Source: Paramoeba atlantica
Taxonomy: Eukaryota > Protista > Discosea
Direction: 5' to 3'
DNA length: 64,000 nt
Assembly: GCA_977017575.1 (NCBI GenBank)
Contig: CDRNVI010000090.1
Coordinates: 105,425 to 169,424 of the forward strand
Position numbers and translations under genes: made by a program. Below the pieces are notes generated by a model that worked only from the letters and a program-made list of their open reading frames with translations, was not told the origin of the DNA and made no database searches. Positions 56,674 to 64,000 of this stretch are shown in pieces (positions within the stretch are counted from its first letter, which is position 1; every line of letters starts with the position of its first letter).

Positions 56674-57142
56674 GTCGCTTATCGGTTGATCCTATGAGAT
56701 CACATTCGGGGAAGGAAATCAATTGCTAAATTTGATCTTTTTGCTTTTTACGAATTAAGTTCAAGGAACGCTGAACTGCAAGATAATCGCCAGGTTGAGC
56801 AAGATATGACACTTTGCTCCTGCAATATCTTTTGTTTTGTGCGAATCAAAGCAGTTCGTTACGCATGACAATTGTTCATCTTATGCTAGTTTCAAACAGT
56901 AAAGTTATTCACGCAACTTTAGGCGACTGGGTGATGGTATAAACTATGATATACTCATATGATAAGTACTCCTTTTTAAAGTTAATGTTGGCAATATTCG
57001 GGATTTATATTGGAATCTCTTCTTCCCTGCTTGTATACTTTGCTAGACCTTATTCGAACTGTTCTTGCAGCCATATTCTCCGATTTCACACAGAAATACT
57101 AGCCTTCTTTTTCATTTTCCTCTCTTTCCACTGCATTCCACA

Positions 57143-59260
57143 ATGTCGGAAACATTTGCGTTCCAAGCGGAGATCAATCAGCTGATGTCTCTCATCATCA
57201 ACACCTTTTACAGCAATAAGGAGATTTTCTTACGCGAGCTGATCAGCAACTCTTCCGACGCCCTGGATAAGATTCGGTATCAAAGCCTTACGAACCCTGA
57301 AGTTCTTTCTGCGGATGAGAAGTTGCACATTCAATTGGTCGCGGACAAGGCGAACAAGACGTTGTCGATTATTGACTCCGGGGTGGGTATGACGAAAGCG
57401 GACTTGGTGAATAACCTCGGCACGATTGCTCGATCCGGCACCAAGGCGTTCATGGAGGCCCTGGAATCGGGTGCGGACCTCAGTATGATCGGACAATTCG
57501 GTGTCGGGTTCTACTCGGCCTACCTGGTCGCGGACAAAGTCACTGTCGTCTCGAAGCACAATGACGACGAGGCGCACGTTTGGGAATCCTCCGCGGGTGG
57601 CACCTTCACCGTGGCTCCCTGCCCCTCGGCCCCAGTGAAGCGGGGGACAATGATCACGCTGCACCTGAAGGAGGACCAACAGGAGTACCTGGAAGAGCGA
57701 CGACTGAAGGACCTCGTGAAGAAGCACTCCGAGTTCATCGGCTACGACATCGAGCTACAAGTGGAGCGCACCACGGAGAAGGAAGTTACGGACGACGAGG
57801 CGGAGGAGGAAAAGGCGGAGGAAGTGAAACCGGAGGGAGGGGAGGACGAGCCCAAGGTAGAGGAGGCGGAGGAACCCCAGGAGGTGAAGAAGAAGACAAA
57901 GAAGGTGAAGGACGTCTCCGTGGAGTATGAGGTGCTGAACAAGAACAAGCCTCTGTGGACAAAGGACCCGAAGGAGGTGTCACAGGAGGAATACGCCGCC
58001 TTCTACAAGACCATCAGCAACGACTGGGAGGAGCATCTCTCCGTCAAACACTTTAGCGTGGAAGGGCAGCTGGAATTCCGCGCAGTACTGTTCGTCCCGA
58101 AGCGTGCTCCATTCGACATGTTCGAGCCCAATCGCAAGCGAAACAACATTAAGCTGTACGTGCGTCGTGTCTTCATTATGGACAACTGTGAGGAGATCTG
58201 TCCGGAGTGGCTGGCGTTCATTCGAGGCGTCGTCGACAGCGAAGACCTTCCGTTGAACATCTCCCGTGAGAACCTGCAGCAGAACAAAATCCTGAAGGTG
58301 ATCCGGAAGAACGTCGTGAAGAAGGCGGTGGAGTTGTTCGAAGAGCTTGCTGCGGATAAGGACAGTTACAAGAAGTTCTATGAGCACTTCGGGAAGAACA
58401 TCAAGCTTGGCATTCATGAGGATGCGACGAACCGAACCAAACTTTGCGAACTGCTACGCTACAACAGCACGAAGAGCGGCGAAGATGCTACGAGCTTGAA
58501 GGACTACGTCACCCGCATGAAGGAGGGCCAGAAGAGCATCTACTACATCACGGGAGACAGTCGCAAGAAGCTTGAGACATCCCCCTTCCTCGAAGAAGCC
58601 AAGCGGCGTGATATGGAAGTCCTGTTCATGGTGGATCCCATTGATGAATACGTCATGCAGCAGCTCAAGGACTTTGAGGATAAGAAATTCGTGTGTCTCA
58701 CCAAGGAGGGCGTCAAGTTTGAAGAAACGGAGGAGGAGAAGAAGGCACGGGAGGAGAACAAAGCATCCTTCGAGAAGCTTTGCACGACGATCAAAGAGAT
58801 TCTTGGTGAGAAGGTGGACAAGGTTGTGCTCACCGAGCGCTTGGCGACCTCCCCCTGTATCCTGGTTACCTCTGAACACGGGTGGAGTGCACACATGGAA
58901 CAGATCATGAAGCACCAAGCCCTGCGAGACGCTTCCATGTCCTCGTACATGGTGTCAAAGAAGACAATGGAGATCAATCCGCACCACAGCATTATTAAGG
59001 AGCTCCGACGTAAAGCGGATACTGATCAGAACGACAAGACCGTGAAGGATCTCGTCATGCTCCTCTTCGATACCGCGTTGTTGACCTCAGGGTTTAACCT
59101 TGAAGATCCTTCCTCCTACGGCGAACGCATCCACCGCATGGTGAAACTCGGCCTCTCCATCGATGACGACGAGCTTCCCCCTGCCCCCGTGGCGGCCAGC
59201 TCGGAAATGGATGCTGACGATCTTGCGGAGGGCGAAGGACGTATGCAGGAGGTCGATTAA
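57143..59260 (+). CDS. HSP90: Cytosolic Hsp90 copy 8
   Basis: Full 705-aa ORF. Confidence 0.97.
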   Translation: MSETFAFQAEINQLMSLIINTFYSNKEIFLRELISNSSDALDKIRYQSLTNPEVLSADEKLHIQLVADKANKTLSIIDSGVGMTKADLVNNLGTIARSGTKAFMEALESGADLSMIGQFGVGFYSAYLVADKVTVVSKHNDDEAHVWESSAGGTFTVAPCPSAPVKRGTMITLHLKEDQQEYLEERRLKDLVKKHSEFIGYDIELQVERTTEKEVTDDEAEEEKAEEVKPEGGEDEPKVEEAEEPQEVKKKTKKVKDVSVEYEVLNKNKPLWTKDPKEVSQEEYAAFYKTISNDWEEHLSVKHFSVEGQLEFRAVLFVPKRAPFDMFEPNRKRNNIKLYVRRVFIMDNCEEICPEWLAFIRGVVDSEDLPLNISRENLQQNKILKVIRKNVVKKAVELFEELAADKDSYKKFYEHFGKNIKLGIHEDATNRTKLCELLRYNSTKSGEDATSLKDYVTRMKEGQKSIYYITGDSRKKLETSPFLEEAKRRDMEVLFMVDPIDEYVMQQLKDFEDKKFVCLTKEGVKFEETEEEKKAREENKASFEKLCTTIKEILGEKVDKVVLTERLATSPCILVTSEHGWSAHMEQIMKHQALRDASMSSYMVSKKTMEINPHHSIIKELRRKADTDQNDKTVKDLVMLLFDTALLTSGFNLEDPSSYGERIHRMVKLGLSIDDDELPPAPVAASSEMDADDLAEGEGRMQEVD

Positions 59261-59729
59261 GTCGCTTATCGGTTGATCCTATGAGATCACATTCGGGGAA
59301 GGAAATCAATTGCTAAATTTGATCTTTTTGCTTTTTACGAATTAAGTTCAAGGAACGCTGAACTGCAAGATAATCGCCAGGTTGAGCAAGATATGACACT
59401 TTGCTCCTGCAATATCTTTTGTTTTGTGCGAATCAAAGCAGTTCGTTACGCATGACAATTGTTCATCTTATGCTAGTTTCAAACAGTAAAGTTATTCACG
59501 CAACTTTAGGCGACTGGGTGATGGTATAAACTATGATATACTCATATGATAAGTACTCCTTTTTAAAGTTAATGTTGGCAATATTCGGGATTTATATTGG
59601 AATCTCTTCTTCCCTGCTTGTATACTTTGCTAGACCTTATTCGAACTGTTCTTGCAGCCATATTCTCCGATTTCACACAGAAATACTAGCCTTCTTTTTC
59701 ATTTTCCTCTCTTTCCACTGCATTCCACA

Positions 59730-61847
59730 ATGTCGGAAACATTTGCGTTCCAAGCGGAGATCAATCAGCTGATGTCTCTCATCATCAACACCTTTTACAG
59801 CAATAAGGAGATTTTCTTACGCGAGCTGATCAGCAACTCTTCCGACGCCCTGGATAAGATTCGGTATCAAAGCCTTACGAACCCTGAAGTTCTTTCTGCG
59901 GATGAGAAGTTGCACATTCAATTGGTCGCGGACAAGGCGAACAAGACGTTGTCGATTATTGACTCCGGGGTGGGTATGACGAAAGCGGACTTGGTGAATA
60001 ACCTCGGCACGATTGCTCGATCCGGCACCAAGGCGTTCATGGAGGCCCTGGAATCGGGTGCGGACCTCAGTATGATCGGACAATTCGGTGTCGGGTTCTA
60101 CTCGGCCTACCTGGTCGCGGACAAAGTCACTGTCGTCTCGAAGCACAATGACGACGAGGCGCACGTTTGGGAATCCTCCGCGGGTGGCACCTTCACCGTG
60201 GCTCCCTGCCCCTCGGCCCCAGTGAAGCGGGGGACAATGATCACGCTGCACCTGAAGGAGGACCAACAGGAGTACCTGGAAGAGCGACGACTGAAGGACC
60301 TCGTGAAGAAGCACTCCGAGTTCATCGGCTACGACATCGAGCTACAAGTGGAGCGCACCACGGAGAAGGAAGTTACGGACGACGAGGCGGAGGAGGAAAA
60401 GGCGGAGGAAGTGAAACCGGAGGGAGGGGAGGACGAGCCCAAGGTAGAGGAGGCGGAGGAACCCCAGGAGGTGAAGAAGAAGACAAAGAAGGTGAAGGAC
60501 GTCTCCGTGGAGTATGAGGTGCTGAACAAGAACAAGCCTCTGTGGACAAAGGACCCGAAGGAGGTGTCACAGGAGGAATACGCCGCCTTCTACAAGACCA
60601 TCAGCAACGACTGGGAGGAGCATCTCTCCGTCAAACACTTTAGCGTGGAAGGGCAGCTGGAATTCCGCGCAGTACTGTTCGTCCCGAAGCGTGCTCCATT
60701 CGACATGTTCGAGCCCAATCGCAAGCGAAACAACATTAAGCTGTACGTGCGTCGTGTCTTCATTATGGACAACTGTGAGGAGATCTGTCCGGAGTGGCTG
60801 GCGTTCATTCGAGGCGTCGTCGACAGCGAAGACCTTCCGTTGAACATCTCCCGTGAGAACCTGCAGCAGAACAAAATCCTGAAGGTGATCCGGAAGAACG
60901 TCGTGAAGAAGGCGGTGGAGTTGTTCGAAGAGCTTGCTGCGGATAAGGACAGTTACAAGAAGTTCTATGAGCACTTCGGGAAGAACATCAAGCTTGGCAT
61001 TCATGAGGATGCGACGAACCGAACCAAACTTTGCGAACTGCTACGCTACAACAGCACGAAGAGCGGCGAAGATGCTACGAGCTTGAAGGACTACGTCACC
61101 CGCATGAAGGAGGGCCAGAAGAGCATCTACTACATCACGGGAGACAGTCGCAAGAAGCTTGAGACATCCCCCTTCCTCGAAGAAGCCAAGCGGCGTGATA
61201 TGGAAGTCCTGTTCATGGTGGATCCCATTGATGAATACGTCATGCAGCAGCTCAAGGACTTTGAGGATAAGAAATTCGTGTGTCTCACCAAGGAGGGCGT
61301 CAAGTTTGAAGAAACGGAGGAGGAGAAGAAGGCACGGGAGGAGAACAAAGCATCCTTCGAGAAGCTTTGCACGACGATCAAAGAGATTCTTGGTGAGAAG
61401 GTGGACAAGGTTGTGCTCACCGAGCGCTTGGCGACCTCCCCCTGTATCCTGGTTACCTCTGAACACGGGTGGAGTGCACACATGGAACAGATCATGAAGC
61501 ACCAAGCCCTGCGAGACGCTTCCATGTCCTCGTACATGGTGTCAAAGAAGACAATGGAGATCAATCCGCACCACAGCATTATTAAGGAGCTCCGACGTAA
61601 AGCGGATACTGATCAGAACGACAAGACCGTGAAGGATCTCGTCATGCTCCTCTTCGATACCGCGTTGTTGACCTCAGGGTTTAACCTTGAAGATCCTTCC
61701 TCCTACGGCGAACGCATCCACCGCATGGTGAAACTCGGCCTCTCCATCGATGACGACGAGCTTCCCCCTGCCCCCGTGGCGGCCAGCTCGGAAATGGATG
61801 CTGACGATCTTGCGGAGGGCGAAGGACGTATGCAGGAGGTCGATTAA
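59730..61847 (+). CDS. HSP90: Cytosolic Hsp90 copy 9
   Basis: Full 705-aa ORF. Confidence 0.97.
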   Translation: MSETFAFQAEINQLMSLIINTFYSNKEIFLRELISNSSDALDKIRYQSLTNPEVLSADEKLHIQLVADKANKTLSIIDSGVGMTKADLVNNLGTIARSGTKAFMEALESGADLSMIGQFGVGFYSAYLVADKVTVVSKHNDDEAHVWESSAGGTFTVAPCPSAPVKRGTMITLHLKEDQQEYLEERRLKDLVKKHSEFIGYDIELQVERTTEKEVTDDEAEEEKAEEVKPEGGEDEPKVEEAEEPQEVKKKTKKVKDVSVEYEVLNKNKPLWTKDPKEVSQEEYAAFYKTISNDWEEHLSVKHFSVEGQLEFRAVLFVPKRAPFDMFEPNRKRNNIKLYVRRVFIMDNCEEICPEWLAFIRGVVDSEDLPLNISRENLQQNKILKVIRKNVVKKAVELFEELAADKDSYKKFYEHFGKNIKLGIHEDATNRTKLCELLRYNSTKSGEDATSLKDYVTRMKEGQKSIYYITGDSRKKLETSPFLEEAKRRDMEVLFMVDPIDEYVMQQLKDFEDKKFVCLTKEGVKFEETEEEKKAREENKASFEKLCTTIKEILGEKVDKVVLTERLATSPCILVTSEHGWSAHMEQIMKHQALRDASMSSYMVSKKTMEINPHHSIIKELRRKADTDQNDKTVKDLVMLLFDTALLTSGFNLEDPSSYGERIHRMVKLGLSIDDDELPPAPVAASSEMDADDLAEGEGRMQEVD

Positions 61848-62316
61848 GTCGCTTATCGGTTGATCCTATGAGATCACATTCGGGGAAGGAAATCAATTGC
61901 TAAATTTGATCTTTTTGCTTTTTACGAATTAAGTTCAAGGAACGCTGAACTGCAAGATAATCGCCAGGTTGAGCAAGATATGACACTTTGCTCCTGCAAT
62001 ATCTTTTGTTTTGTGCGAATCAAAGCAGTTCGTTACGCATGACAATTGTTCATCTTATGCTAGTTTCAAACAGTAAAGTTATTCACGCAACTTTAGGCGA
62101 CTGGGTGATGGTATAAACTATGATATACTCATATGATAAGTACTCCTTTTTAAAGTTAATGTTGGCAATATTCGGGATTTATATTGGAATCTCTTCTTCC
62201 CTGCTTGTATACTTTGCTAGACCTTATTCGAACTGTTCTTGCAGCCATATTCTCCGATTTCACACAGAAATACTAGCCTTCTTTTTCATTTTCCTCTCTT
62301 TCCACTGCATTCCACA

Positions 62317-64000
62317 ATGTCGGAAACATTTGCGTTCCAAGCGGAGATCAATCAGCTGATGTCTCTCATCATCAACACCTTTTACAGCAATAAGGAGATT
62401 TTCTTACGCGAGCTGATCAGCAACTCTTCCGACGCCCTGGATAAGATTCGGTATCAAAGCCTTACGAACCCTGAAGTTCTTTCTGCGGATGAGAAGTTGC
62501 ACATTCAATTGGTCGCGGACAAGGCGAACAAGACGTTGTCGATTATTGACTCCGGGGTGGGTATGACGAAAGCGGACTTGGTGAATAACCTCGGCACGAT
62601 TGCTCGATCCGGCACCAAGGCGTTCATGGAGGCCCTGGAATCGGGTGCGGACCTCAGTATGATCGGACAATTCGGTGTCGGGTTCTACTCGGCCTACCTG
62701 GTCGCGGACAAAGTCACTGTCGTCTCGAAGCACAATGACGACGAGGCGCACGTTTGGGAATCCTCCGCGGGTGGCACCTTCACCGTGGCTCCCTGCCCCT
62801 CGGCCCCAGTGAAGCGGGGGACAATGATCACGCTGCACCTGAAGGAGGACCAACAGGAGTACCTGGAAGAGCGACGACTGAAGGACCTCGTGAAGAAGCA
62901 CTCCGAGTTCATCGGCTACGACATCGAGCTACAAGTGGAGCGCACCACGGAGAAGGAAGTTACGGACGACGAGGCGGAGGAGGAAAAGGCGGAGGAAGTG
63001 AAACCGGAGGGAGGGGAGGACGAGCCCAAGGTAGAGGAGGCGGAGGAACCCCAGGAGGTGAAGAAGAAGACAAAGAAGGTGAAGGACGTCTCCGTGGAGT
63101 ATGAGGTGCTGAACAAGAACAAGCCTCTGTGGACAAAGGACCCGAAGGAGGTGTCACAGGAGGAATACGCCGCCTTCTACAAGACCATCAGCAACGACTG
63201 GGAGGAGCATCTCTCCGTCAAACACTTTAGCGTGGAAGGGCAGCTGGAATTCCGCGCAGTACTGTTCGTCCCGAAGCGTGCTCCATTCGACATGTTCGAG
63301 CCCAATCGCAAGCGAAACAACATTAAGCTGTACGTGCGTCGTGTCTTCATTATGGACAACTGTGAGGAGATCTGTCCGGAGTGGCTGGCGTTCATTCGAG
63401 GCGTCGTCGACAGCGAAGACCTTCCGTTGAACATCTCCCGTGAGAACCTGCAGCAGAACAAAATCCTGAAGGTGATCCGGAAGAACGTCGTGAAGAAGGC
63501 GGTGGAGTTGTTCGAAGAGCTTGCTGCGGATAAGGACAGTTACAAGAAGTTCTATGAGCACTTCGGGAAGAACATCAAGCTTGGCATTCATGAGGATGCG
63601 ACGAACCGAACCAAACTTTGCGAACTGCTACGCTACAACAGCACGAAGAGCGGCGAAGATGCTACGAGCTTGAAGGACTACGTCACCCGCATGAAGGAGG
63701 GCCAGAAGAGCATCTACTACATCACGGGAGACAGTCGCAAGAAGCTTGAGACATCCCCCTTCCTCGAAGAAGCCAAGCGGCGTGATATGGAAGTCCTGTT
63801 CATGGTGGATCCCATTGATGAATACGTCATGCAGCAGCTCAAGGACTTTGAGGATAAGAAATTCGTGTGTCTCACCAAGGAGGGCGTCAAGTTTGAAGAA
63901 ACGGAGGAGGAGAAGAAGGCACGGGAGGAGAACAAAGCATCCTTCGAGAAGCTTTGCACGACGATCAAAGAGATTCTTGGTGAGAAGGTGGACAAGGTTG
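62317..64000 (+). CDS. HSP90: Cytosolic Hsp90 copy 10 (cut by the window end)
   Basis: ATG 2587 nt after copy 9; sequence matches the other copies up to the edge. Confidence 0.95.
   Translation, partial: MSETFAFQAEINQLMSLIINTFYSNKEIFLRELISNSSDALDKIRYQSLTNPEVLSADEKLHIQLVADKANKTLSIIDSGVGMTKADLVNNLGTIARSGTKAFMEALESGADLSMIGQFGVGFYSAYLVADKVTVVSKHNDDEAHVWESSAGGTFTVAPCPSAPVKRGTMITLHLKEDQQEYLEERRLKDLVKKHSEFIGYDIELQVERTTEKEVTDDEAEEEKAEEVKPEGGEDEPKVEEAEEPQEVKKKTKKVKDVSVEYEVLNKNKPLWTKDPKEVSQEEYAAFYKTISNDWEEHLSVKHFSVEGQLEFRAVLFVPKRAPFDMFEPNRKRNNIKLYVRRVFIMDNCEEICPEWLAFIRGVVDSEDLPLNISRENLQQNKILKVIRKNVVKKAVELFEELAADKDSYKKFYEHFGKNIKLGIHEDATNRTKLCELLRYNSTKSGEDATSLKDYVTRMKEGQKSIYYITGDSRKKLETSPFLEEAKRRDMEVLFMVDPIDEYVMQQLKDFEDKKFVCLTKEGVKFEETEEEKKAREENKASFEKLCTTIKEILGEKVDKV

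Larger units (their letters stand above)
37912..64000 (+). repeat. Tandem HSP90 array, 2587-bp unit (2118-bp CDS + 469-bp spacer), at least 10 units
   Basis: ATGs at 38555, 41623, 44210, 46795, 49382, 51969, 54556, 57143, 59730, 62317. Confidence 0.98.

Noticed and set aside
39054-63995. Many recurrent minus-strand and alternative-frame ORFs (65-188 aa) inside HSP90 copies
   Set aside because: Shadows of biased codon usage in a highly expressed gene; they recur only because the unit is repeated

Overview
Eukaryotic nuclear DNA, most likely from a kinetoplastid. The evidence is intron-less genes all on the + strand as in a polycistronic unit, a tandem HSP90/HSP83 array, and the kinetoplastid-type Hsp90 motif [10 protein letters not shown]; the compact AT-rich genes suggest a non-trypanosomatid, possibly Perkinsela-like, lineage (inference). 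From 1 to 36.6 kb lie housekeeping genes: a SAP30BP-like protein, RPL29, two DnaJ proteins, Sec1/Munc18, GUF1, a WD40-TPR protein, an AFG2-type AAA ATPase, dephospho-CoA kinase and ATM. A ~9.4-kb transposon island (11.3-20.7 kb) interrupts them. It holds a degenerate bacterial-type IS30 (DD33E) transposase plus a diverged second copy, an internally deleted Tc1/mariner element with ~105-bp TIRs and TA duplication, several MITE-like elements, and a frameshifted Pro-rich-repeat/Ulp1-like protease ORF. After ATM, a Merlin (IS1595/ISXO2-type) transposase pseudogene abuts a 3' stub of HSP90. An array of 2587-bp HSP90 units follows, with at least 10 copies running off the window. The first copy is interrupted by a 482-bp, 5'-truncated non-LTR retrotransposon carrying a restriction-like endonuclease (RLE) domain, a structured 3' UTR and an AATA tail, fused in frame to the Hsp90 N-terminus. 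The two strongest leads are this RLE element (a candidate retroelement targeting a protein-coding tandem array) and the IS30-like family resident in a eukaryote.
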